DNA from: Candidatus Nitrosopumilus koreensis AR1 | GTDB taxonomy: Archaea; Thermoproteota; Nitrososphaeria; Nitrososphaerales; Nitrosopumilaceae | Length of the DNA: 32,000 bases | NCBI RefSeq assembly: GCF_000299365.1 | Contig: NC_018655.1 | Location: 420,001-452,000 of the forward strand | Direction of reading: 5' to 3' | In this document: positions 16,494 through 25,821 of the stretch, in pieces | How the letters are laid out: each line of letters opens with the position of its first letter | Position numbering within the stretch: position 1 is the first letter of the stretch | The notes under the pieces: generated by a model | The model's input: the letters and a program-made list of their open reading frames with translations, nothing else | What the model was told of the DNA's origin: nothing | Databases searched by the model: none | Position numbers and translations under genes: made by a program

Positions 16494-17486
16494 ATGTTAG
16501 AGATAGCAATAGGTGCAATAATCGTTGCCTTAATCTTTGATTTTGTTAACGGATTCAACGATTCTGCTAACTCTGTTGCAACAGTAATTGGAACTCGTGT
16601 TCTCAAACCTATTCAGGCAGTCACATTATCTGCTGTCGCAAATTTTGTTGGACCTTTTATTTTTGGTGTTGCCGTAGCATCTACTATTGCAAAAGGAATT
16701 GTCAGTATGGATGACATTACAATCTACATGATAATCGGTGGACTTGCAGGTGCAATTACTTGGAGTACACTCTGTACTTACTTTGGATTGCCAATATCAA
16801 ACAGTCACTCACTTGTTGGTGGGATAATGGGTGCAGGAATTGCAGGATTGGGTTTTGAAAAACTAGTTTATGGTGGGTTGACCAAAATTTTTGCAGGAAT
16901 TGTTATTGCACCGATAGGTGGCATTATTTTTGGTTTATTACTTACTGGATTGATAATTACAATCTTTGCAAGCAGGCGGCCTGCAATTGTTAACAAAACT
17001 TTTGGTAAATTACAAATAATTTCTTCAGGTTGGTTTGCTTTGACACATGGTGCAAATGATGGACAAAAAACCATGGGAATCATTGTCTTGATTTTAGTCT
17101 CAACAGGATATCTAGATGGATTTGAAATGCCTATTTGGGTGATTCTTGCTGCTGCCTCTGCAATGGGATTGGGAACTTTCTTTGGAGGTTACAAAGTAAT
17201 CAAGACACTTGGTGTTAAAGTTGCAAGATTAAGACCTTACCAAGGATTTTGTGCTGAAACTGGTGGTGGTCTAATGCTTGCAATATTTGCTTATTTTGGA
17301 ATTCCTGCAAGTACTACTCATGCAATTACTGGAACTATCATGGGCTCAGCAGCTGCAAGAAGAAAACGTGCTGTAAGATGGAAGGTAGGTAAACAAATCA
17401 TTTATGCATGGATTATCACAATACCTGGTGCAGCGGCATTTGGAATTGGATTCACTTACTTGATTCATCTTTTCATATCTGTCTAA
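16494..17486 (+). CDS. PiT-family inorganic phosphate transporter
   Basis: DFVNGFNDSANSVATVIGTRVL and LTHGANDGQKTMGII signature repeats. Confidence 0.95.
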   Translation: MLEIAIGAIIVALIFDFVNGFNDSANSVATVIGTRVLKPIQAVTLSAVANFVGPFIFGVAVASTIAKGIVSMDDITIYMIIGGLAGAITWSTLCTYFGLPISNSHSLVGGIMGAGIAGLGFEKLVYGGLTKIFAGIVIAPIGGIIFGLLLTGLIITIFASRRPAIVNKTFGKLQIISSGWFALTHGANDGQKTMGIIVLILVSTGYLDGFEMPIWVILAAASAMGLGTFFGGYKVIKTLGVKVARLRPYQGFCAETGGGLMLAIFAYFGIPASTTHAITGTIMGSAAARRKRAVRWKVGKQIIYAWIITIPGAAAFGIGFTYLIHLFISV

Positions 17487-17530
17487 TTCTTTTAATTTTT
17501 ATTCAAGCAAAAATTGGCTGAAATATTCAA

Positions 17531-18616
17531 ATGGATATACTGCAACTAATTCAATCTAATCTTCTTACTCCGATAATCCTCTTCTTCTTGTTTGGAATTA
17601 TTGCAGCACGAATAAAATCTGATTTGAAAATTCCTGAGGCAATTTCTGAATTCTTACCACTCTATCTTCTTGCAGCAATTGGTCTTCATGGTGGAATAGA
17701 GATGAGAAATACTGGATTTGAAAACATGTTAATTCCAATGTTTGTTGCAATTGGACTTTCATTATTGTTTACATTAAATCACTATCAAATTCTAAAAAGA
17801 CTGGGAAAATTCAACCTCTTTGATTCTTATGCACTTGCATCAACTTATGGTGCAGTTGGTGCAGTACACTTTTCTGTTGGGTTATCATTTTTGAAAAATC
17901 ATGGGGTGACTTCTGAAGGATATATTGCAGCAATTCTTGCAGTGTTGGAGCCTCTTGCATTCATTTTGGCAATATTTATGACAAATATGGCAGTATCAAA
18001 ACAGATCAAAGCAAAAAAACAATCGTTTGCAAGTGATGATTCTGTAGAAATTGATGTTGGGTTAAATCAAACAAAGACAAAACTCTCTAAAGTACTGCAT
18101 GAATCTATTACTGGAAAAGCAATTGTAATTCTTCTTGGCAGTATCGTGATTGGATACATCATAGGCGAAGAAGGATTTGAGTCAATCAAGATTGTATTTG
18201 ATGATATGTTTACTGGGGCAATAGTGATTTTCATGATTGAAATGGGAATCATAGCTGGTCAAAGACTCGATGATATTAAAAAAGTAGGCATTTTCCTTAC
18301 TGCATTTGCCATAGTCATACCGTTATTCAATGGAACAATTGGTGTTCTGGTTTCAACTGCACTGGGATTAAGTGTAGGCGGGGCAGTAATGTTTGGATTG
18401 TTGATGGCAAGTGCATCATTTATTGCGGCCCCAGCAGTTTTGCGTCATGCAATTCCGCAAGCAAAACCAAGTTTGTATATTACATCCGCATTAGGAATAA
18501 CGTTTCCATTCAATATCATTGTCACATTACCCATCCTGTTTGCCATATCTACTATGGTTCATACTGGGGAAGGGGCGATAGACTTATTCCATTATGTCTC
18601 TGAGGTATTTTCATGA
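17531..18616 (+). CDS. sbtA: SbtA-like sodium-dependent bicarbonate transporter
   Basis: IPEAISEFLPLYLLAAIGLHGGIEM, YGAVGAVHFSVGLSFL, MASASFIAAPAVLRHAIPQAKPSLYITSALGITFPFNI. Confidence 0.85.
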   Translation: MDILQLIQSNLLTPIILFFLFGIIAARIKSDLKIPEAISEFLPLYLLAAIGLHGGIEMRNTGFENMLIPMFVAIGLSLLFTLNHYQILKRLGKFNLFDSYALASTYGAVGAVHFSVGLSFLKNHGVTSEGYIAAILAVLEPLAFILAIFMTNMAVSKQIKAKKQSFASDDSVEIDVGLNQTKTKLSKVLHESITGKAIVILLGSIVIGYIIGEEGFESIKIVFDDMFTGAIVIFMIEMGIIAGQRLDDIKKVGIFLTAFAIVIPLFNGTIGVLVSTALGLSVGGAVMFGLLMASASFIAAPAVLRHAIPQAKPSLYITSALGITFPFNIIVTLPILFAISTMVHTGEGAIDLFHYVSEVFS

Positions 18617-18915
18617 AACTATACGATGTTAAACTGCTTACAATCACTTGTGAGATTTTAGCACAAGAAAATATTATTGAAATTCTCAAAAAACATGAAA
18701 TCACTGGATATACAACATATGAAGTTGATGGAAATGGCACTCGTGGTTTACGTGGACAGGGATTAAAAAATGAAAAGAATGTTAAAGTCGAAGTGATTAT
18801 GAGGGAAGAAAAACTACAAGATGTTGTAGAAGAAATATCTAGAACTCTTTTTGCAAATTTTGCTATAGTGCTTTATGTTAGTGATGTTGGCGTACTAAGA
18901 CCTGAGAAATTTTAA
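18613..18915 (+). CDS. PII-like signalling protein (candidate SbtB-type partner)
   Basis: KHEITGYTTYEVDGNGTRGLRG... T-loop-like region, VLRPEKF end; start overlaps the sbtA-like stop by 4 bp (ATGA). Confidence 0.75.
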   Translation: MKLYDVKLLTITCEILAQENIIEILKKHEITGYTTYEVDGNGTRGLRGQGLKNEKNVKVEVIMREEKLQDVVEEISRTLFANFAIVLYVSDVGVLRPEKF

Positions 18916-19211
18916 CAACAAGAATCATCTGAACATAAAACTGGAATCTTTTTGCTTGCACTTGTAACATTTGATATGAGTTCTGATAGTTGATTGCTTG
19001 AAATTGCATACATTGCCTTTTTTCCTTCATCTCTTGACTTTACAATTCCACACTTTTTGAGTGTCTTGAGATGGTGTGACACTAGTGGTTGATCTTTTTC
19101 TAACTTTTCAACAAAATCATTTACGCATAGTTCCTTATTTTTTTGCAATAATTCTAAAATCTCAAATCTAGTCTCGTCACAGATACATTTTAAGAGATTG
19201 ACTCCATTCAT
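18912..19211 (-). CDS. arsR: ArsR-family repressor
   Basis: ETRFEILELLQKNKELCVNDFVEKLEKDQPLVSHHLKTLKKCGIVKSRDEGKKAMY; C-terminal CSDDSCC; divergent from arsC. Confidence 0.87.
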   Translation of the reverse strand: MNGVNLLKCICDETRFEILELLQKNKELCVNDFVEKLEKDQPLVSHHLKTLKKCGIVKSRDEGKKAMYAISSNQLSELISNVTSASKKIPVLCSDDSCC

Positions 19212-19251
19212 ATCAATCTAAATTTATATAAACTAATATTTATGTGATAGT

Positions 19252-19650
19252 ATGGAAAATGTACTGTTTGTCTGCGTAGAAAATGCTGGTAGGAGTCAAA
19301 TGGCTGAAGCCTTTTTTAGAAAATATGCTCCTGCAAAATTCAATGTAATTAGTGCAGGCACTGTTCCTTCCTCTCAACTGAATCCTATGGTTGTTCAAGT
19401 AATGAAAGAAGTTGGAATTGACATGACACAACAATCCCCAAAATCATTATCAAACGAAATGATTGAAAACTCTTCAAAAACAATCAACATGGGTTGTATG
19501 GATAAGGAATCATGTCCTGCGTTATTTGTAGATGATGTTCTTGATTGGAATATATCTGATCCTAAAGAAAAGTCCATTGATGATGTTAGAGAAATCCGCG
19601 ATCAAATTTTAAAAAAAGTTTTACAATTAATCCAATCCCTTGAGAAATAA
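19252..19650 (+). CDS. arsC: Arsenate reductase (low-molecular-weight phosphatase type)
   Basis: VLFVCVENAGRSQMAEAFFRKYAP and MGCMDKESCPALFVDDVLDWNISDPKEKS. Confidence 0.93.
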   Translation: MENVLFVCVENAGRSQMAEAFFRKYAPAKFNVISAGTVPSSQLNPMVVQVMKEVGIDMTQQSPKSLSNEMIENSSKTINMGCMDKESCPALFVDDVLDWNISDPKEKSIDDVREIRDQILKKVLQLIQSLEK

Positions 19651-19653
19651 ACA

Positions 19654-20337
19654 ATGTCTTATTCTAATTTACAAATTTTTATTGTGGAGTTAATTGGAAC
19701 TTTTATTCTTGTTGTGTTTGCAACAGGTTCTATTGTTTTTGATGCTGAATTCTTTGACGGGGAATTGGGAATTCCATTTGCCGCAATAGCACCATTTGTT
19801 GCATTGCTAATTGGTGTGTATTCTTTTGGTAAAATCTCTCTAGCCCATTTTAATCCTGCAGTAACAATTGGATATTATATCACAGGACACATTACAAAAG
19901 TTCAAGTTGTTTATTATTTTGCAGCAGAAATTATTGGTGCATTATTAGGTGCTCTATTTGTTTTGAACGTCATTGGAGACAAAGCAAATCTTGGTGCCAA
20001 TGCTCCAAACTACGATTTTTCATTATCATTAATTTTCCCAGTTGAGGTTTTAGCATCTGCTATGCTTATGGGTGTAATCTTCTATGTAGTGTATACCAAA
20101 GGACTAAGAGGATTTAGTGGTGTTGCAATTGGTGGCATAGTTGGATTGGATATTTTGTTTTTAGCATTTATTTCGGGCGCATCAATGAATCCTGCAAGAT
20201 CTTTGGCACCTGCTCTGCTTTCTGGTGTACTGGATGATTTATGGCTATATTGGACTGCTCCTTTTGTTGGAACCGCAATTGTGGCATTTTTGTTTCGTGG
20301 AAAATTTCACGCCCAAAGAACATCAAATTACGAATAA
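19654..20337 (+). CDS. MIP/aquaporin family channel, candidate arsenite-permeable (AqpS-like)
   Basis: Two NPA motifs: AHFNPAVTIGYYITG and GASMNPARSLAPAL; starts 3 nt after the arsC stop. Confidence 0.9.
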   Translation: MSYSNLQIFIVELIGTFILVVFATGSIVFDAEFFDGELGIPFAAIAPFVALLIGVYSFGKISLAHFNPAVTIGYYITGHITKVQVVYYFAAEIIGALLGALFVLNVIGDKANLGANAPNYDFSLSLIFPVEVLASAMLMGVIFYVVYTKGLRGFSGVAIGGIVGLDILFLAFISGASMNPARSLAPALLSGVLDDLWLYWTAPFVGTAIVAFLFRGKFHAQRTSNYE

Positions 20338-20359
20338 TAATGACCAAAATTATTGCTAA

Positions 20360-21637
20360 ATGTTGAAAAATTCTAAGTTATTCTCAGATGCAAAAAAAGT
20401 AACCCCTTCAGGTGTTAATAGTCCTGTTAGATATTTTGAACCATATCCGTTCTTCACAAAAAAAGCAAATGGTGCATACATTTGGGATGCTGATAATCGA
20501 AAATTAATTGATTTTTGTAATGGCTATGGTGCGTTGCTTTTAGGGCACAGAAGAAAAGAGATCATTGATTCTGTTTCAAAGCAACTTGCAAAAGGTACTC
20601 TTTATTGTACTCCGACAGAAGCTGAAACTGAACTAGCAAAATTAATCATTGGTAATTTTCCATCAATTGACAAAGTCAGATTAATGAATACTGGCGGTGA
20701 AGCCACAATGACTGCAATCAGATTGGCGCGTGGATTTACAAAAAAGAAAAAAATTATCAAATTTGAAGGATGTTATCATGGTGCTCATGATTCTGTTTTG
20801 GTAAAAGCTGGATCAGGATCTGCACATAACGGTATTTCAGTTTCTGATGGTGGATTAGATGAAGTATCAAAGAATACTTTGGTGGTTCAATACAATAACA
20901 TTGAAGATTTACAAAAAACAATTCAAAAAAACAAAGACGTTGCAGGTGTGATTGTTGAACCTATACTAGCTAACATGGGATTGATTCTTCCTGAAAAAAA
21001 TTTTCTGTCTGACTTAAGAAAAATCACAAAAGAAAACAACATTCCGTTAATCTTTGATGAAGTGGTTACAGGGTTCAGGGTTGCTCCTGGTGGTGCACAA
21101 GAATACTTTGGAATAAAACCTGATCTTACTACCTTAGCAAAAGCACTAAGCAATGGGTTTACTATTTCTGCAGTAGGTGGCAAAAAAGAGATAATGGACT
21201 TGCTTTCTCCTGGAGGAAAAGTCTATCAGGCAAGCACATTTGCTGGAAATCCTATCTCTGTTAACGCTGCTATTTCTTCAATTAAGACCATAAACAAACT
21301 TAAAAACAAACTCTATTCTAAACTTGAGAGATTCAATCTTCTGTTCTCTACTGCTCTAGATGATGTGGCAACTGACATGAAAATTCCACACCAAATCAAT
21401 TTTGCAGCCTCAATGTTCCAGATTTTCTTTACAAACAAACCTGTCACAAATTATGAGACCTCAAAGAAAGCAAACGCAAAAAAATTCCAAAAGTTGTTTA
21501 GAATCTTGCTTAAAAAAGGAATATTCATAGCTCCTTCCCAATTTGAAGTTGTTTTTTTGTCAGATGCTCACACTGAAAACGATCTAAACAAAACACTTGA
21601 CGCATATCATTCTGCACTAAAATCGGTGAAAAATTGA
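20360..21637 (+). CDS. hemL: Glutamate-1-semialdehyde 2,1-aminomutase
   Basis: TPSGVNSPVRYFEPYPFF, GATMTAIRLARG-like (GEATMTAIRLARG), LTTLAKALSNGFTISAVGG (PLP lysine). Confidence 0.96.
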   Translation: MLKNSKLFSDAKKVTPSGVNSPVRYFEPYPFFTKKANGAYIWDADNRKLIDFCNGYGALLLGHRRKEIIDSVSKQLAKGTLYCTPTEAETELAKLIIGNFPSIDKVRLMNTGGEATMTAIRLARGFTKKKKIIKFEGCYHGAHDSVLVKAGSGSAHNGISVSDGGLDEVSKNTLVVQYNNIEDLQKTIQKNKDVAGVIVEPILANMGLILPEKNFLSDLRKITKENNIPLIFDEVVTGFRVAPGGAQEYFGIKPDLTTLAKALSNGFTISAVGGKKEIMDLLSPGGKVYQASTFAGNPISVNAAISSIKTINKLKNKLYSKLERFNLLFSTALDDVATDMKIPHQINFAASMFQIFFTNKPVTNYETSKKANAKKFQKLFRILLKKGIFIAPSQFEVVFLSDAHTENDLNKTLDAYHSALKSVKN

Positions 21638-22569
21638 AGTATGTTGTAGGAGCTAGAGGAAGTCAACTATCAGTTGCTCAAACAAATTGGGTTATTGCTG
21701 AATTAAAAAAAACAAATCCTGATACAGAGTATGAAATTAAAACAATTACAACAAAAGGTGATACTGACAGTAGACCCTTATTTACAATAGATCAGAAAGG
21801 AATTTTTGAAAAAGAGATTGATAGAGCAGTGGCTCAAAAAGAAGTTGATTTTGCAGTTCATAGTCTAAAGGATGTTCCATCTGAATTAGATGAAAACTTG
21901 ATTCTAGCTTGTATTCCAAAACGTGAAGTGGTAAATGATGTGTTTATTTCTCCAGATGGAACTACTCTTGATTCAATAAAATCTGGTGCAGTGATTGGAA
22001 CAAGTTCACTCAGACGAGCAGTCCAAGTATCTAGAAAAAGATCTGATGTAACAGTAAAACCAATTAGAGGCAACATTGAGACTAGAATTAAAAAAATATC
22101 TGGGGAAAGTTATGATGCGATTGTTCTTGCAAAGGCAGGAATCTCTAGACTTGGAATTGATGTAAAGTACACTGAATTGTCTACTGATGAATTTTCTCCC
22201 TCTCCAGGGCAAGGTGCAATTGCAATAGTTGCAAGAGCCGATGACTCTAAAACAATTCAAATGCTCAAAACAATTGAAGATTCTGATTCTCGTTTAGAGA
22301 TTGAGGCAGAACGCGCATTATCTGACTATGTTGATTCTGGATGTAGATTCCCTGTTGGTGCATACGCAAAATCTAGTGGGGATAAGATAACTCTAATTGT
22401 TACTGCATTTTCTGTTGATGGGAAAAAAGCTCTACATGTAACCAAAACAGGTGATAAAAATAATCCAAAATCTATTGGCCATAGTGCTGGAGAAGAACTT
22501 CGCAAGAAAGGAGTAAATGATCTTGCATTAAATTGGAGGGAAAAAGTGGAGGAATGGAATAAGACATGA
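21634..22569 (+). CDS. hemC: Porphobilinogen deaminase (hydroxymethylbilane synthase)
   Basis: VGARGSQLSVAQT, DFAVHSLKDVPSEL, IGTSSLRRAVQ, PIRGNIETR, SPGQGAIAI, GCRFPVGAYA. Confidence 0.97.
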   Translation: MKYVVGARGSQLSVAQTNWVIAELKKTNPDTEYEIKTITTKGDTDSRPLFTIDQKGIFEKEIDRAVAQKEVDFAVHSLKDVPSELDENLILACIPKREVVNDVFISPDGTTLDSIKSGAVIGTSSLRRAVQVSRKRSDVTVKPIRGNIETRIKKISGESYDAIVLAKAGISRLGIDVKYTELSTDEFSPSPGQGAIAIVARADDSKTIQMLKTIEDSDSRLEIEAERALSDYVDSGCRFPVGAYAKSSGDKITLIVTAFSVDGKKALHVTKTGDKNNPKSIGHSAGEELRKKGVNDLALNWREKVEEWNKT

Positions 22570-23306
22570 CAGGAAAAGTGTATCTTGTTGGAGCTGGACC
22601 CGGAGACAGTAAATTAATTACACTCAGAGCAGTTGAATTACTCAAAAAAGCAGATGTTGTTTTGTATGATAGACTGGTTAGCAAAAAAATAATCTCAATG
22701 ATTCCAAAAAAAGTAGAAAAGGTCTACGTAGGTCGTGCAGTGGGTGATGACACAACTCATCAAAACACAACAAATGACTTGATGGTAAAATATGCAAAAT
22801 CAAAAAAGAATGTGATTAGACTAAAGGGAGGTGATCCTATAATTTTTGGACGCGGTGGGGAAGAAGCAGAATTTCTCAAAGAAAACAAAGTAAAATATGA
22901 AATTGTTCCTGGAATTACATCTGGAATTGGCTCTGCCACTTATGCTGGAATTCCTCTTACTCATCGAAAACATGCATCATCAGTAGTATTTGTGACTGGT
23001 CATGAAGATCCTGAAAAGAAACAGGAGATTGTGAAATGGAAAAGACTTGCAAAGTCTGTTGATACTATAGTTATCATGATGGGGTTATCTAGAATTGATA
23101 TTATTTGTAAGCAACTCATTGCAGGTGGAATGGATAAAAAAACACCTGTTGCAGTAATTCAAAATGGAACTACTCCTAAACAAAAAATGATCAAAGGAAC
23201 TGTTACTAATATTGCAAAAAAAGTCAAAGAAAATAAAATAACTCCTCCTTCTAACATTATTATCGGTAATGTTGTTGATTTGTCGGAAACTATTGGGTGG
23301 AAATAA
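22566..23306 (+). CDS. cobA: Uroporphyrinogen-III C-methyltransferase
   Basis: VYLVGAGPGDSKLITLRAVELLKKADVVLYDRLV, RLKGGDPIIFGRGGEE, VPGITSGIGSATYAGIPLTHR. Confidence 0.95.
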   Translation: MTGKVYLVGAGPGDSKLITLRAVELLKKADVVLYDRLVSKKIISMIPKKVEKVYVGRAVGDDTTHQNTTNDLMVKYAKSKKNVIRLKGGDPIIFGRGGEEAEFLKENKVKYEIVPGITSGIGSATYAGIPLTHRKHASSVVFVTGHEDPEKKQEIVKWKRLAKSVDTIVIMMGLSRIDIICKQLIAGGMDKKTPVAVIQNGTTPKQKMIKGTVTNIAKKVKENKITPPSNIIIGNVVDLSETIGWK

Positions 23307-24109
23307 TGCTTGATGGAAAAACTATTGCAATCACTCGTTCACGAGACGATTCTGCTGAATTCATTTCACTTGCTGAGCAAAACAATGCAACTCCCATACC
23401 ATTACCTACCATTGAACTTGTAAGCAAAGGTGAAAAAATTGTTGATGAATTTCTAGACTCTGTTAAAACTTACAATCCTGATTATTCTGTTTTTATGAGT
23501 TCTAAAGCAGTGAAATTACTATTTGATACTGCAAAAGAGTTAGGAAAACTAGAAACACTACAATTGGCAATTGCAAACACAATTGTTATTTCAGTTGGTC
23601 CAAAAACTACCATTGCTCTTGAAGCACAAGGAATTAAAGTCAATCATCATCCTTCAGAAACATTTTCCTCTGTAGGTGTTGGAGAATTATTTACACAACT
23701 CAACGCAGTTGGCAAAAAAGTCATTGTTCCAAGAAGTGGTGCATCTACTCCATTTCTAAAGGAGTTGCTCAACAAAATTGGAATTGATGTTTTTGAAATT
23801 CATTTGTACGATGTTTGTGCATTTAGAGATACTTCTCAATGGAACGAATTCAGAGAATTATTCTCCCAAAACAAGATTGATGGTGTTGTGTTTACCAGTG
23901 CCTCTTCAGTTAGAGGATTTTTTGAAATAATGACTAAAGATTATGATAAAAATACTCTATTGGATAATCTTGAAAAACTTTCTGTAGTTTCTATTGGGCC
24001 ATTCACTTCAGATGAATTAAAAAAATTCAAAGTCAAAAATACTGTGGCTGAAGTTCATACTGTTGCAGGTGCATTTGATGCAATGAAAAACACTCTAACT
24101 GTTGCATAA
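23297..24109 (+). CDS. hemD: Uroporphyrinogen-III synthase
   Basis: IAITRSRDDSAEFISLAEQNNATPIPLPTIEL; VFTSASSVRGFFE; position after hemC/cobA. Confidence 0.85.
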   Translation: MEIMLDGKTIAITRSRDDSAEFISLAEQNNATPIPLPTIELVSKGEKIVDEFLDSVKTYNPDYSVFMSSKAVKLLFDTAKELGKLETLQLAIANTIVISVGPKTTIALEAQGIKVNHHPSETFSSVGVGELFTQLNAVGKKVIVPRSGASTPFLKELLNKIGIDVFEIHLYDVCAFRDTSQWNEFRELFSQNKIDGVVFTSASSVRGFFEIMTKDYDKNTLLDNLEKLSVVSIGPFTSDELKKFKVKNTVAEVHTVAGAFDAMKNTLTVA

Positions 24110-24150
24110 TTAATGATCAAATTCTAATACTTTGAAATATTTTTCATAAC

Positions 24151-24330
24151 CTGGAATATGAAATTAAAAAGAATATCCATATCACATGTCCTCATTGTGA
24201 AAAATCAACTGTGACTGAAATTGAACTTGAGCTAGAAATAGAAGAAAAGAAAAAGAATGACAAAAAGAAAGAAAAGAAAAAAGACAAAAAACAAAAGAAA
24301 CTACTAAAAAATATTAACAACAAACTTTAG
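24151..24330 (+). CDS. Possible small protein, CPHC knuckle plus Lys-rich tail, apparent CTG start: (M)EYEIKKNIHITCPHCEKSTVTEIELELEIEEKKKNDKKKEKKKDKKQKKLLKNINNKL
   Basis: Frame open for 59 codons to TAG at 24328; no ATG/GTG/TTG at the N-terminus in this frame. Confidence 0.35.
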   Translation: MEYEIKKNIHITCPHCEKSTVTEIELELEIEEKKKNDKKKEKKKDKKQKKLLKNINNKL

Positions 24331-24389
24331 CTCTGCCTATTTAGCTCTGCCTATTTTTCCTCATGTATTTATAATATAACGGGGTTATT

Positions 24390-25796
24390 TTGCTCATGGC
24401 AACTGAAAACCTTGACATGGATTATTCAAAATATGATTTTAAGGACTCTACAGAAATGTATGTCCACCTTAGCAAGAAAGGCCTGACTAAGGAAACAGTA
24501 ATTGGCATCAGCAAAATGAAAGATGAACCACAATGGATGCTTGATTTTAGATTACGTTCTTATGAAATTTTTATGAAAAAACCAATGCCAACTTGGGGTG
24601 GAGATCTCAGTGTCATTGATTTTCAAAATATCTATTATTATGCAAAAGCATCTGAGAAAACAGAAAAGAACTGGGATGATGTTCCAGCAGATGTCAAAAA
24701 CACTTTTGACAAATTAGGAATTCCAGAAGCTGAAAAGAAATTCTTGGCAGGTGTTGGGGCACAATACGAATCTGAAGTTGTATATCACAATCTAAGAGAA
24801 GACTTGCAAAAACAAGGTGTTCTCTTTTTGGATACTGATTCTGCTCTAAAAGAACATCCCGAAATTTTCAAAAAATATTTTGGAAAAATCATTCCTCCCG
24901 AGGATAACAAATTTGCAGCACTAAACAGTGCAGTTTGGAGTGGCGGTTCATTCATCTATGTGCCACCTGGTGTCAAAGTTGACATGCCCCTACAAGCATA
25001 CTTTAGAATTAATGCCGAAAACATTGGTCAATTTGAAAGAACATTGATCATTGTGGATGAAGGTGCAGATGTACACTATATTGAAGGATGTACTGCTCCT
25101 GTTTACTCTTCAGAGTCATTACACTCTGCAGTTGTTGAACTAGTTGCACACAAAGATGCACATCTAAGATATACAACAATTCAGAACTGGAGTAACGATG
25201 TTTACAATCTTGTAACAAAACGAGCTTATGCATATGAAGGTGCAACTGTTGAATGGATTGATGGAAACATTGGAAGCAAACTTACAATGAAATATCCTGG
25301 TGTCTATCTTATGGGCGAACGTGCACATGGTGAAACATTATCCATTGCATTTGCAGGCAAAGGTCAACACCAAGATACAGGTGCAAAAATGGTTCATTTG
25401 GCACCAAATACAACCTCTAAAATTACCTCCAAATCTGTAAGTAGATTGGATGGACGTTCCACTTACAGAGGATTGCTTAATGTAGCAAAAGGAGCTACTA
25501 ATGTAAAATCTACTGTAAGATGTGATGCACTACTATTAGACGATACATCAAAAACTGATACATATCCATACATGGAAATTAATCAGGAAGATGCTACAAT
25601 CACTCATGAAGCAACAGTTGGAAAAATTGGTGATGAACAAATCTTCTATCTTATGAGCAGAGGATTTTCTGAGGAAGAAGCATTGTCCTTAATCGTTAAT
25701 GGTTTCATGGAACCATTTACCAAAGAACTTCCAATGGAATATGCGGTAGAACTAAACAGACTCATCAAACTAGAGATGGACGACTCTGTGGGATAA
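24390..25796 (+). CDS. sufB: Fe-S cluster assembly protein SufB
   Basis: [67 protein letters not shown]. Confidence 0.97.
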   Translation: MLMATENLDMDYSKYDFKDSTEMYVHLSKKGLTKETVIGISKMKDEPQWMLDFRLRSYEIFMKKPMPTWGGDLSVIDFQNIYYYAKASEKTEKNWDDVPADVKNTFDKLGIPEAEKKFLAGVGAQYESEVVYHNLREDLQKQGVLFLDTDSALKEHPEIFKKYFGKIIPPEDNKFAALNSAVWSGGSFIYVPPGVKVDMPLQAYFRINAENIGQFERTLIIVDEGADVHYIEGCTAPVYSSESLHSAVVELVAHKDAHLRYTTIQNWSNDVYNLVTKRAYAYEGATVEWIDGNIGSKLTMKYPGVYLMGERAHGETLSIAFAGKGQHQDTGAKMVHLAPNTTSKITSKSVSRLDGRSTYRGLLNVAKGATNVKSTVRCDALLLDDTSKTDTYPYMEINQEDATITHEATVGKIGDEQIFYLMSRGFSEEEALSLIVNGFMEPFTKELPMEYAVELNRLIKLEMDDSVG

Positions 25797-25821
25797 ACTC
25801 CAATTTTCATTTTGATTAAAC

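Noticed and set aside
19212-19251. ArsR operator in the arsR-arsC intergenic gap
   Set aside because: An AT-rich sequence with a TATA-like element and weak imperfect symmetry is visible, but no clear palindrome could be defended.
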